A stretch of 64,000 nucleotides of DNA, from NCBI RefSeq assembly GCF_009914755.1, contig NC_060925.1; one strand, 5' to 3'. The notes below the pieces were generated by a model. That model ran no database searches. It saw nothing but the letters and a program-made list of their open reading frames with translations, and was not told the DNA's origin. The position numbers and the translations under genes were made by a program. This document shows positions 42,310-64,000 of this stretch, one piece after another (within the stretch, counting starts at the first letter, position 1; every line of letters begins with the position of its first letter). The DNA comes from the human T2T-CHM13v2.0 reference genome, Homo sapiens.

Positions 42310-43190
42310 TCCCCCATAAAAAACCAACAGAAAATAATGGATGCTATGAAGAATATGGAGAAATGAGAACCCTGGTACAACATTGGTAGTTATGTAAATT
42401 AGTACAGCTACTATGGAAAGCAGAATGGAGCTTCCTCCAAAAAATAAAAATAGGATTACCATATAAACCATAAATCCCACTGCTGGACATATATCCAGAA
42501 AAAAAAAAAGTAATATATCCAGGAGATATCTACACTACCATGTTGGTCAGGCTGGTCTTGAACTCCTGACCTCAAGTAATCCACCTGCCTCAGCCTCCCG
42601 AAATTCTGGGATTACTGGCATGAGCCACTGCACTCAGCCTGCACTCTCCTATTTATTGCAGCACTATCCACAATAGCCAAAATTTGGAATCAACGTAAGT
42701 GTCCATCAGCAGATGAATGGATCAAGAAAATGTGGTAAATATACACAACAGAATATCACTGAGCCGTAAACATGAAGGAAATCCAGTTATCTGCGACAAC
42801 ATGGAAGGAACTGGAGGGCGTTATGTTGAGTGAAGTAAGCCAGATACAGAAAGACAAACATGGCATGTTCGCACTCATATTTGGGAATTAAAAAACATGA
42901 AACTTAAAAATAGTAAAATGATGGTTATCAGAAGCTAGGAAGGGTACTGGGAAATAGAGAATAAGAAGGGGATGGTTAATGGGAACAAAAACACAGACAG
43001 GAATAAGATCTAGGGTTTAGTAGCACAATAGGGCAACTCATGTTGACAATAGTTCGTAGTAAATTTCTACATAATTAAAATAATGGAATTGGAATGTTGC
43101 TAGCAGAAAGAAAAGATAAATTCTTGAGATGGTGGATATCCCAGTTACCATGATTTGAATATTACACATTTTATGCTTGTATCAGAATAT
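42310..43190 (+). mobile_element. L1MA-type 3' portion with an Alu fragment inside (42535-42645)
   Basis: gtgtccatcagcagatgaatggat...gtttagtagcacaatagggcaac...tgaatattacacat. Confidence 0.75.
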
Positions 43191-44133
43191 CAGGCCAGGT
43201 GCAGTGGCTCATGTCTACAATCCAAGCACTTTGGGAGGCTGAGGCAAGTGGTTTTCCTGAGGTCAGGGGTTCGAGACCAGACTGGCCAACATGGTGAAAC
43301 CCCCTTTCTACTTAAAATACAAAAATTAGCCAGGTGTGGTGGCGGTCCCCTGTAGTCCCAGCTACTCAGGAGGCTGAGGTAGGAGAGTTGCTTGAACCCA
43401 GGAGGGTGATTTCTAGAGACTTCTGATACATAAATGTCTAAAACAAGTTGATCAATCGTGGAAGACACCAGAAAGTTTCCATTCAGGTTCCATTTATTTT
43501 TGACATTTTTAAATAACCATCCTTGCGGTGGCAACTCCTGCATCAGTCTAGAACTTCAGGCTCCATTTCTGAGTCTAGAACACAGGTCCCTGAAGGCCTC
43601 ATTGATTCCAAGTCAGCATTTTTACCCAGTCCTGCCCCCGGCTGAGTCACCTTTGTTTTTCCACTCGCGGTGAGCACGTACCTGAAACACACAGCTGTGT
43701 GCTTCCTTTAAGAAACGGCTGACCGGGCCCAGCTGCACACACTTGTAAACCTGGAACTGTGGAAGGCCAAGGCAATCAGATCACTTGAGGTTAGGAGTTA
43801 GAGGCCAGCCTCCGCCAACATCGTGAAACCCTGTCTCTACTAAAAATACAAAAATTAGCCGGGCTTGGGGCCCACACCCATAACACCAGTTACTTGGGAG
43901 GCTGAGGCAGGAGAATGACTTGAACCCAGGAGGTAAAGCTTGCCATGAGCTGAGATTGTGCCACTACACTTCATCCTGAGGGACAGAGTCAGACTCTGTC
44001 TCAAAAATAAAATAAAATAAAATAAAAATATAAAAAATTAAATTAAATTAAAATTAAAAATGCACCCATGTACAAGATTTTAGTTCCCAAGTGTCCGGAA
44101 GAAAGCTTATCCATCCCACTAACCAGGCCTTCC

Positions 44134-47368
<3,235 letters not shown>

Positions 47369-47641
47369 TCTGACAAATCTACAAGGAAAAACTCTACAGC
47401 ACAATCCAGCAAAAAGGCAAGTTCCTCAGACCAATCCCCTGCAACCCCCAATTCTCCCAGGGCCAAAGTCATTTCTCTAGCGTGTGTGAAAGAGCCCTTA
47501 GTTTACTCCAGTTCCTTTCTGCAATAAGTGGCCACAGAGACACAGTTCTACCCTTCTGGTACCATGAAGAATGTGTCCCAACTTCTAAAGAGCAGGCAAG
47601 ATCCCTCGTAGTCCATGAATTATTAGCCACTGATCCACTAA

Positions 47642-48660
<1,019 letters not shown>

Positions 48661-48955
48661 GGGTGGTATAATCTCATTTTTTTTGGTGTGGGTGAAGCTG
48701 AATCTCACTTTGTCGCCCAGGCTGGAGTGCAGCGGCTCCATCTCAGCTCACTGTAACTTCCGCCTCTGAGATTCAAGCAATTCTCATGCTTCAACCTTCC
48801 ACGTAGCTGGGATTACAGGCATGCACCCCCACACCCATGTCTCCATTCGGGAGGAAGAATTACAGTGAGGATGTGATTGGTTTAAAATTAAGGTCAAAGA
48901 TTCTCTTTGGTTAAGGTTTTTTGTTTGTTTGTTTTTGTTTTGTTTTTGTTTTTAG

Positions 48956-49231
<276 letters not shown>

Positions 49232-49766
49232 TGAAACCCCACCACTACTAAAAATACAAAAATTAAGCAGGCATGGTGGCAGAGGGATGTAATACCAGCT
49301 ACTCAGGAAGCTGAGGCATGAAAATTGTTTGAGCCTGGGAGGAAGAGGTTGCAGTGAGTTGAGCTCTTGCCACTGCACTCCAGCCTTGGCAACAGGGTGA
49401 GGCTCCATCCCTGCTTCAAAAAAAGAATGTTTTGTAGAGCTGCGTTTTTGCCATGTTGCCCAGGTTGGTCTCAAACCGCTGAGCTCAAATGATCCTCCCG
49501 CTTTGGCCTCCCAAGGTGTTGAGGTTATGGGCATGAGTCATTGCTCTCATCAAGAATTTTGAAATGACATAAACCAAAGCACAATCCAATTTTTTGAAAT
49601 AAAGACAAAACTGCATATAGAGGAAAAAATTCAAATCTTCAAATTGTTCATATATATATATAAAAGACAGATATAGCTTGGTGCCATCATAGGCTGCACT
49701 GTCCCTGTCCCAGACCGACTGACTATAGGTCAGATGGGAGTGTCCTTCCAGAAATGAGTGACTTAC

Positions 49767-50100
49767 TAGATCTGGACTGAGTTTGCAGCATGCTTAGAAC
49801 TCAGGAAGAACCAAGCAGGAACTCCAGACTTGAAGACTTTGGGTCTCTCCTGTGGGTCTTCAGAAACTTTTATTGATCTTTCTAATCACAACTCCCACCC
49901 ACACCCCTCCATGTATCCAGTGCTTGCTTCCAATCAAAAAGTGCTATCTGATTGCATTTCTGAAGCTCCACCCAGTTAATCTTGATTGGGTTTTTGGCTG
50001 TCCCCAGATTACTGGATTGAATCAGATATTCATTCATATCAGCTATCCATATTAAGTTCATGAATCAAGAAATTGACAGTGTTAGGAATAGGTTGGAAAT
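49767..50100 (-). promoter_or_regulatory. Promoter and non-coding exon 1 of the pseudogene
   Basis: Donor CTA|gtaagt at 49765-49766, CAATAAAA 49868-49875, collinear with 37368-37700. Confidence 0.7.
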
Positions 50101-50237
50101 CAAGAATTCACTCATTAAAGGCCGGGTGAGGTGGGTCACACCTGTAATCCCTGCACTTTGAGAGTCCAAGTTGGCTGGATCGCCTGAGGTCAGGCGATCA
50201 AGACCTGCAAGGCCAACATGGTGAAACCCCATTTCTA

Positions 50238-50420
<183 letters not shown>

Positions 50421-50788
50421 TCATTCATTCATAAACTCCACAAACACTGATGGAATTTTACTGATATATGACCTATATAGTCCTGAGTTTGAGGCAGGGA
50501 AGGGTTTGATCTGTTCCGGATAGTAGACAGAAAAATAAAACCTGAAAGTAGTGTTGGGAGATCTTTGGCCACATTAAAATTATAAAATTGTTTTATAGTT
50601 AAAACAGCTTTATAAAAACAGAGAAGTCATCCCTACAAAATCAGAAAAAAAATCTCCATGTATCGAATGGTCTTGTGGGTTCTATATCACCTAAGGTAGC
50701 AATTTATTTGCTCACGCTGGTGGAAGAGAGGTGCCACTGAGGGCTTGAGTGGTCTCAGGGCTTAGGTTAAGGCTTGTCTGGAAGAAAT

Positions 50789-51366
50789 TGAAACCGTATC
50801 TCTAAACTTTATAAATTTAATCAGTGAAAAAGAGAGGGGGAGGAACAAAAACAAACCAAGCTTGCAGCGCATTCAGCATTCACCAGGAGGTCAGCTTGCC
50901 CTCTGACCTGCTTCCTCATGGTTCCTGGCAGCCTACTGTCCCAAAATCATGTAGAACTTAGACTACAATTCCCCTTAACTACGCTGCAGACAACAATTTA
51001 AGCATTGTGAAACATTCACTTTTTCATCTGAGATATTCTTTCAGGTTCTGCATGTCAGTGAAACTACTGATGCCAGCTGATCTGAAGGGCCCTGCAAGGC
51101 ATCAACTCACCAAAGAATGCCGTTCTGACATCGTGATAACTTCATACCTCTTATTGCCATCAAACTACACCAACTTTCCAGCCCCTTGCTATCCAGGATC
51201 CACTGGAAACCCTCAGTACTCCTTGGGGAGATGAATTTGAGGATCTCCTCCCAGCTTCTCATTCAGCCACCCTGTGATCATTAAACTTTCTGCTGCAAAC
51301 CCTGCTGTCTCAGAATATTGGTAAGCTACTGTGCAGCAGGCATAGGAACCTGATGGTCCTGTAACA
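50789..51366 (+). mobile_element. ERV1 solo LTR (LTR26-like), copy 2
   Basis: TG...CA termini (tgaaaccg...tgtaaca). Confidence 0.75.
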
Positions 51367-52229
51367 AATTTATGTCAAAATTATAAAGGGAAGTGAAAAT
51401 GGAGGCTGGTCAGGGTTGAGCTGGGTGTTTTAATGGAATCCTGGGAGTGAACGAAGACTTGGTAAATGTGTTGGGGGTTATTGAGAGGGTGGAGGAGGAA
51501 TCTTTCCAACATTGCACTGAGGGTCCCTTGGTTTTCATACTTGTGACCAAGAATGAGTCTTTCAAAAAAATTTATGTAATTCTCCTCATTTTTCCTTTCA
51601 AAACCTTTGTCTTCCTTTACCTCCCCGAATAATCTCACATCTATTCCCATGGCTTTGCTCATTTCATAATAAAAATCCTTTTTTTTTTTTCCTGTGGAGT
51701 CTCTTTCTCTGTTAAGTAGACCATATATTTTGTTGCCACACAAGATGAGTAGCCTGGTTTTATGGAGAGAAAGGGACAAAAGAATCCCAATCCTCAACAG
51801 CTAGGGGTGATATGAAGGTCAGGATTATTCTTTGTCATATCTGCACCTGCATATTGCCAGTGAAAACCTGCAGGTCACATTAGGTAGACTTCCAAATTGA
51901 TCATCTGTGGAAGGTCTTATGATTGGCTTACATCCTGTCCCTGAGTAAAGAATCTGATCTTGACTTCATGAGTGCCTGAGACTCTTCAAGTACTGATGAA
52001 GGCTTCACCCAGTGACAGTGAGAAGGACACTGATTTGATTCTGATCGTGAAGTTTTGCTGGTTGTCTTGCAAGGAAAATATTTTTGCCTGTCATGTTGTC
52101 ATCTAAAGTCAATGATTGTAACCTCTGTATTGTCCCTTCCAATGGAAAAAACAAAAACAAAAAAGCTCAACTCTATTAGAGCCTTGCCAGGATAAAACAA
52201 AAGAAAATTAAAAAAAAAACAACTGATAG

Positions 52230-53110
<881 letters not shown>

Positions 53111-53418
53111 AAATTATTTTGGAGACAGTTGATAAAAACCATACATCCTTTTTACTGTTAAGTCATAAAGAGGTGTCAAAATTAAAAGGAAAAATTACAG
53201 GGTAAGACTTAGGACAACTACTAGGGGTGTCAAGGGAAGTGAAAATGGGACTAGGCACAGGGCAATATGAATTAATGAACATGGGAAGGACAAAGATGGG
53301 GAGAACAGTAAGCATGTGCTGAAGATACTAAGGGAGAGGATCTGGTGAAAAATTTGTTGTTAGACAAGCTCCTAGGTAAAGAAACAATGGGATAAGATTT
53401 CTCAACCCCACTATGTGC

Positions 53419-54321
<903 letters not shown>

Positions 54322-54691
54322 TCAAAAAGCCAAAAACAGGAGGCGGGAGGGAGAAGAGATTCGATTCTAAGTCTCCTACTGCCGGGTTCTACGGGGAGAA
54401 ACTGACTGCGGCTCGAGGCCAGAAATGCAGCCAAACCAGCTCAGTCTTCGTCTCTTCACAAAATGGCTCCCAACAAGAATTCTGAAATGATGTAAAGAAA
54501 AGCACAACAACATTTTTGAAATAAAGACAAAATTGCATTTAGAAAAAAAATCAAAGCTTCAAAGTGTTCATATGAAAAAAAGAAAAAAAGACAGGATATA
54601 GTTCTGTGCCGTCGTAGGCTGCACTGTCACCGTTCTAGACCGGCTGACTGTAGGTCAGATGGGAGTGTCCTTCCAGAAATTAGTGACTTAC

Positions 54692-55050
54692 CAGATCTGG
54701 TTGTAGTTTAGACCTCTGGTTGTAGTTGTAGCTCAGACCTCAGGAAGAGCCAAGCAGGAACTCCAGGCTTGAAGACTTTGAGTCTGTCCTGTGGGTCTTT
54801 AGAAGCTTTTATTGACCTTTCTAATCACAACTCCCACCCACGCCCCTCCACATATCCGCTGCTAGCTTCCAATCAAAAAGCGATATCTGATTGCATTTCT
54901 GAAGCTCCACTCAGTTAATCCTGATTGGGTTTTTGGCTGTCCGAAGACTAATGGATTGAACCAGGTATCCATTCATATCACATATGCATATTCATTTCAT
55001 GAATTAAGAAATTGACAGCGTTAGGGATAGAGTGGAAGTCAAGAATTCAT
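54692..55050 (-). promoter_or_regulatory. PRAMEF-type promoter and exon 1 in front of HNRNPCL1 (predicted 210-nt intron 54691-54482)
   Basis: Donor CTG|gtaagt 54690-54691, acceptor tttcAG 54482-54483, CAATAAAA 54807-54814. Collinear with the PRAMEF11 promoter. Confidence 0.8.
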
Positions 55051-55714
55051 TCACTCAAGGCCAGATGAGGTGGCTCACACCTGTAATCCCAGCACTTTAG
55101 GAGGCCAAGGTAGGTGGATCACCTGATGTCAGGAGTTCAAGACCCGCCTGGCCCACATGGTGAAACCCTGTCTCTACAAAAATAGAAAAGTTAGCCAGGC
55201 ACGATGGTGGCTGCCTGTAGTCCAGCTACTCATGTGGCTGAGGTGGGAGAATCCCTTGAACCCTGGAGGCTGAGTTTGCAGTGAGCCAAGATTACACCAT
55301 TGCCCTCCTGACTGGGTGACGGAGGGAGATTTTGTCAAAAAAAAAATGCATTCATTCATGAAATCCACAAACACTGATGGAATTTTACTGCTATGTCGCC
55401 TTCAGGTCCTGAGTGTGAGGCAGGGAAGGGGTTGATCTGTTCCGGACATTAGACAGAAAAATAAAACCTGAAAGTAGTGTTGTGGGGAGATCTTTGGCCA
55501 CATCAAAATTATAAAAATGCTTTCTAGTTAAAACAACTTTATAAAAACGGAGTCATCCCTACAAAATAAGAATAAAGATCTCCATGTATGGAATGGTCTT
55601 GTGGGTTTTATATCACCTAAGGTAGCAGTTTCTTCACTCGTGCTGGTGGAAGAGAGGTGCCACTCAGGGCGTGAGTGGTCTCAGTGCTTAGGTTAAGGCT
55701 TCTTTGGAAGAAAT

Positions 55715-56288
55715 TGAAACGATACCTATAAACTTTATAAATTTAATCAGTGAAGAAGGGAGGGGGAGAAACAAAAATAAACCAAGCTTGCAGCGCATTC
55801 AGCATTCACCATGAGGTCAGCTTGCTCTCTGACCTTCTTCCTCATGGTTGCTGGCAGCCTACTGTCCCCAAATCATTTAGACCTTAGATTACAGTTCCCC
55901 TTAACTGCCCTGCAGACAACAATTTAAGCCTTGTAAAACATTAACTTTTTCATTTGAGATATTCTTACGTTCTGCATGTCAGTGAAAGTACTGATGCCAG
56001 CTGATCTGAAGGGCCCTACAAGGCACCAACGCACCAAAGAATGCAGTTTTGACATCCTGATGACTTCATCCCTCTTAACTCTATATCAACTTTCCAGCCC
56101 CTTGCTATCCAGGATCCACTGGAAACCCTCAGTGGATCTCCTCCTTGGGGAGATGAATTTGAGGATCTCCTCCTAGCTTCTCATTTAGCCACCCTGTGAT
56201 CATTAAACTCTCTGCTGCAAACTCTGCTGTCTCAAAATATTGGTAAGCTACTGTGCAGCAGGCATAGGAATCTGATGGTCCTGTAATA
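55715..56288 (+). mobile_element. ERV1 solo LTR (LTR26-like), copy 3
   Basis: 4-bp TSD aaat on both sides (55711-55714, 56289-56292). Confidence 0.75.
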
Positions 56289-57059
56289 AAATCATGTCAA
56301 AATTGCAAAAGGAAGTGAGGGTAGAGGATGGGCTTGGTTGAGCTTGGTGTTTTAATGGGATCCTGGGAGTGAACCAAGACTTGGTAAACATGTTGGGGGT
56401 TACTGAGGGGGTGGAGGAGGAATCTATCCAATATTTCACTGATGCCCCTTTGGTTTTGATTATTAGGACCAAGGATGAGCCTTTCAAAACAATTTATATA
56501 ATCCTCCTTATTTTTCCTTTTAAAACCTTCATCTTCTATTTTTCTCCCAAAATAATCTCACATCCATTCCCAATGCTTTGCTCATTTCAGGATAAACATC
56601 TTTTTTTTTTTTTTCTTACACAGTCTCCTTCTCTGTTAAGTAGACCATATATTTTGTTGCCACAAAATGTCATTTGGACTGCTTCAAACACAGGAATTTT
56701 CTGAATTTCATGTGAAACCCCTCCTCAGAAATATTTTCCTTACTCCAGGAGATTTGCTGATATATCAGGTTGGGGTGTAAACTGGATATGGCAGCCCTGG
56801 TACCACCAACTCTGTACCAAAGTCTACATTGATCTGGATCTCAGCTTCTCCATTTTTTATTTAAGGGTATTATAGAAAATAATTTACCAGAGAGTTATTT
56901 GAAGTTCCATCAATATGGAGCCATCAGAAATGTTCTCTATCCAGGTTCGGTGGCTCGTGCCTGTAATCCTATCACTTTGGGAGGCCAAGGCCGGAGGATA
57001 ACCTGAGGTTGGGTGTTGGAGACCAGCCTGACCAACACAGAGAAACCATGTCTCTACTA

Positions 57060-59430
<2,371 letters not shown>

Positions 59431-60350
59431 TTCTTGCCGCTATATGTGTGTATGTCTACATATTCATATCTATATCTACACCTATTTTTTATTACCATGA
59501 TTCACTTCCACTCCCCTTTCCATAGATAGCCACTCTACTCTTTGACATAGCCTTGAATTTGCATGTGACCTCTTAGAAAATAAGTATATAGAAAGTATAT
59601 GGAATATATACTTGAAATTTGTATGTGTATTTATATTAATCCACATATATGCTATAGTGTAGGGTGCTACAGAAGAGGGCCTGACAATTAATTGTCCAGT
59701 CCTAGACACTTTGGAGAGTGAATGGACATGCTGTTATAATTAATTATTTTTTTTTGGAGATGGAGTCTCACTCCGTCGCCAGGCTGGAGAGCAATAGTTC
59801 CATCTTGGTTCACTGCAAACTCTGCCTCCTGGATTCAAGTGATTCTCCTGCCTCAGCCTACCGAGTACCTGGGATTACAGGTGTCCACCACCATGCCCAG
59901 CTATTTTTTGTATTTTAATAGAGAGATAGTTTTGCCACTTTGGTGAGGCTGGTCTCGAACTCCTGACCTCAGGTGATCCGCCCACCTCACCTCAGGTGAT
60001 CCGCCCACCTCAGCCTCCCAAAGTGCTGGGATTACAGACGTGAGCCACTCCACCGGGCCTTGTTATAATTAAGATTTTCAGAACAACAGGGGTGTATGAA
60101 GGCTTATAATCACCTTTACCATAGACCTTGGTCTCTCACCTAAGTTTGTAACTAATATATTTTTCAAATATAATAACAATAAAAATATCCTTGCTTGCCC
60201 TATGTCAAATCCAGCTCGAAGTACTTAAATAGATTAACTTATAACACTCTGTGAAGTCAATATTGCTATTATCCCATTTTATATGTGAATGAGCTAAGGC
60301 ACAGAGAGGTTAAGTAAGTTGGGTAAGACCACACAGCCATTGGCCACTGA

Positions 60351-60590
<240 letters not shown>

Positions 60591-60966
60591 TAAACAGTCT
60601 GGATCTGCTGGATCTGGAGTCTTTACTACTAACCAAAATACCTACGTGCCTTCAAATCCTAAGTTGCTGAGGGTCTTACCTTGTTTCATATCTCACTAGG
60701 AAGGGAGCTAATGTTTATCCATTACATCTGATGTTTAATGCAAGTTTTCAACATACAACATCTCATTTTCCAAAATATGCTATGATAAATTTAATTTGAT
60801 TTTTCTTCAATTCCTTTCTGCATTTTGTAGGAACCTTGCTTTTCCCCCTTTAGTTTGTCAGTATGCTGAATTACACTTAGATTTTTCTGTGATTGGCTGG
60901 CATTCCTGGAATGGCCATTATATATTACTATATTGTTTTCTTTCTTTCTTTTTTTTTTTTTTTTGA

Positions 60967-61071
<105 letters not shown>

Positions 61072-62899
61072 TGAGTTGCTGGGATTACAGGCATGCGCCA
61101 CCACACCTGGCTAATTTTGTATTTTTAGTAGGGATGGGGTTTCTCCATGTTGGTCAGGCTGGTCTCGAACTCCAGACCTGAGGTGATCCACCTGCCTCAG
61201 CCTCTCAAAGTGCTGGGATTGCAGGCATGAGCCACGGAGCCTGGCCTGTCTATCACTTTCTGATGCAGTGTTGCATTTAGTTAGCTGGTAATTTATTAAG
61301 TACTTTTTTCTGGCTGACCGTGGTGGCTCATGCCTGTTTGCCAATCATTTGCTGCCAGAACATGGGCAGATTTTTCTCTGGCCAAGTCTCAGGTTTATCA
61401 GGTTAGAAATGGGGAAAATAGCAACGTGCCTTAGATTCTCCATGAGGAAGAGCTGAGGTCCGGGATGATCGGTACCAGCCATCTGTTGTGCCTCGTGGAT
61501 GCTCAGTGAACACAGATTCTCACAACCATTATTGGTGCTGAGCTCACCCTCAGCCTCAGGTTTACAAAGTGGGGCGTGGGAAGTAGAAGCCTCACTGGGC
61601 TCAGGTGATCCTCCCACCTCAACTTCTTGGGCAGCTTGGCCTACAGGTGCACACTGCCTCCCCCTGGCTAATATCTTGTATTTGTATTAGAGACAGGGTT
61701 TCATCACATTGCCCATACTCCTCACAAATTCCTGAGCTCTAGCACTCTGCCTTTCTTGGCTTCCCAAAGGGCTGGGATTGGAGGCCTGAGCTTGCTTGCT
61801 TTCCCTTCCCAAGTGTGGCCCCGATCTTCTCTCTGGCCTCTGCTCCAGCTCACATTCTCAGATTCCATCTTTGCAAGCTGGTTTTCTGAGAGGAGCCCAT
61901 CATTTTTGTGGGTAAACACCCTTTACCTTCTAGTAGGGCCAAGACTATACCTGCCCCCTGTGTTCTCAAAGCCAATGTTATGGTTAAGAGTCTGACCTAT
62001 CTCTTTTGATGATTCTCCTTTGAATTTCTGAACTCAATCTAGGGTGTGTGAGATGGCTGATGCCTGTAATCCTAGCACTTTGGGAGGCTGAGGTGGGGAG
62101 ATCACTTGAGGTCAAGAGTTCGAGACCAGCCGGGCCAACATGGTGAAACCCCATCTCAACTAAAAATACAAAAATTAGTAGGGCATGTTGGAGCGCACCC
62201 ATAATTCCCAGCTACTCGGGAGGCAAGGTGAGAAAATCGCTTGAACCCAGAAAGTTGAGGTTGCAGTGAGCTGAAATCATGCCACTGCACTCCAGCCTGG
62301 GTGACAGATGGTGGCCCAGTCTGAAAATCAAAGAATCAATAAATAAACTCAATCTTGACAAAGGACTTTCAGTCCTGACATCTAGATGCCCACAAGATAA
62401 CCACCATGTTTTACATTGTCTTGTTTCCTTTGCAGGTTCCCATTAGAAAACCTAGTCTCATTCCACTCAGTCCGCACCTCACTTGGTCATTTTGTCCTGA
62501 TTTCCTTCAGTGAAGCCTTGACTTAGTCTTGAGATAGATCACACCCTCAGTGGTTCCTTTCTTCTACCTGAATGTGCATATGATCTGCTATGTTAGATAG
62601 CATAAAACACAGGTAACCATTCGATATACACAGCTTTTTATTCTGTTTTCTTGGGAATGACATCACTATCTTCTTCAGGCTGTTGTAGCTCTGAAACATT
62701 TTGACAATTTTGATGTGGCCAAACATCCTCCAATAAGGACACCTTAAGGTTTTTTTTTTTTTTTTGTCTGATATCAGGAACAGATTAATCCCTTCCCTGT
62801 ATCACTATGAAAGTCATCTATTAGCCAAACTTCATCAGTATTTGGGGAATAAATGAATGAATGAGTTTTGGACTTTCACCCTATTATTTATTCTTTTAC

Positions 62900-63159
62900 T
62901 TCCATAAATGTGTATCTAATTCGATCAATTAGTCAGAAGAAAGCTGAAAACTCAATCAGGATTAACTGGGTGTGACTGCAAGATCTAATCAGGTATCACT
63001 TTCTGATTGGAAGCTGGTGATTGAGAAGGGAAGGGTGGGGTTAGAAAGGTCTATAAAAGCTCCTGAGGGTACCCAGAAGAGACCCACAGCACTCACACCT
63101 GAAGCTACTGGTTGGTTCCCTGAGAGGTCCCAGAACTCTGCAAAGTGAGTCCAGCGCTG
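62900..63159 (+). promoter_or_regulatory. PRAMEF2: Promoter and non-coding exon 1 (about 63080-63159) of the next PRAMEF gene
   Basis: TAATTCGATCA 62917-62927, AAACTCAATCA 62948-62958, AGATCTAATCA 62981-62991, ATTGG 63006-63010, TATAAAA 63052-63058, donor CTG|gtaagt 63160-63161. Symbol from remembered gene order; coding exons lie outside the window. Confidence 0.7.
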
Positions 63160-64000
63160 GTAAGTCACCACCTTCTTAGGGTCATGCCCATCTGATCAGC
63201 AGCCAGCCAGTCAGGGACGGTGACACACATCCCAAAGTGGCACACAATATTTTTCTGTCTGTTTTGTGAGATGAACAGATTTAGGCTTTCATTTTTCCTC
63301 TAAATGTAGTTTTGTCTTCATCCATCAGATTGTGATTTGTGCTTGGTTTTTGTCATTTTAAAATTCTTATGGAAGCAGGTTTTTTAAAAATATATTAAAA
63401 CTTTACAGTGACATGAATTTTTATTTCTTGACATTTGAAGTTATTTGTTTTTGTGCCTTTCAATTACAGTTCATAGACTTGGTGTTATTGTGATCCTCCA
63501 AGTATGCTTTCATTTTCATAAAATCCTTAAAGGTATCCCACACACCAATCTCAAGAGTGCAGTTTTGCTCAGATTGTGGGATTTATTTTTGACCCTAGGA
63601 TCGATCCATCAAAAAGTGGGTAATTGTGAGTATGTGGAAGTGATGTCTATAGGAACCTTCATCTTAGAGTTACAGTGCTCTAGAATAGCATGGTAGCACT
63701 TTTACAGTTTCTGGTTGATTTTTTTTTTGAGATGGAGTTTCCCTATTGTTGCCCAGGCTGGAGTGCCATGGTGTGGTTTGGCTCACTGAAATTTCTGCCT
63801 CCTAGTTACATGTGATTCTCCTGCTTCAGCCTCCTGAGTAGCTTGGATTACAGGCACTCACCACCATGCCCAGCTAATTTTTGTATTTTTAGTAGACACA
63901 GGGTTTTGCCATGTTGGCCATGCTGGCCTCAAACTCCTGACCTCAGGAGATCTGCCCCCCTCAGACTCCCAAAGTGCTGGGATTACAGGAGTAAGCCAGC

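Noticed and set aside
59969-60012. Direct repeat cctcaggtgatccgcccacctca
   Set aside because: Ordinary slippage duplication inside an Alu.

Overview
Primate (almost certainly human) genomic DNA from the segmentally duplicated PRAME-family cluster. The gene order PRAMEF1 > PRAMEF11 < pseudogene < HNRNPCL1 < > PRAMEF2 matches my recollection of 1p36.21; paralog-level names are from memory and need a genome alignment. It holds the last two coding exons of PRAMEF1 (+), a complete 4-exon 478-aa PRAMEF11 (-), a multiply disabled PRAMEF10-type pseudogene (-), the intact 293-aa HNRNPC retrogene HNRNPCL1 (-) and the promoter/non-coding exon 1 of the next PRAMEF gene (+). The rest is dense Alu, L1 and ERV1-LTR sequence. 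The genes are known. The most interesting signal is architectural: one PRAMEF promoter module with DUX4-type motifs recurs seven times. An LTR-bearing version sits in front of three different gene bodies (PRAMEF11, the pseudogene, the HNRNPC retrocopy). The retrocopy lies in intron 1 of this module and only this copy has an AG acceptor and a better pyrimidine tract there. A young, TSD-less, 3'-truncated L1 fragment marks where the rest of the host gene appears to have been lost. An orphan promoter copy, a young AluYa, a twin-primed L1 and several templated micro-rearrangements are also readable. Repeat boundaries and subfamily names are by eye.
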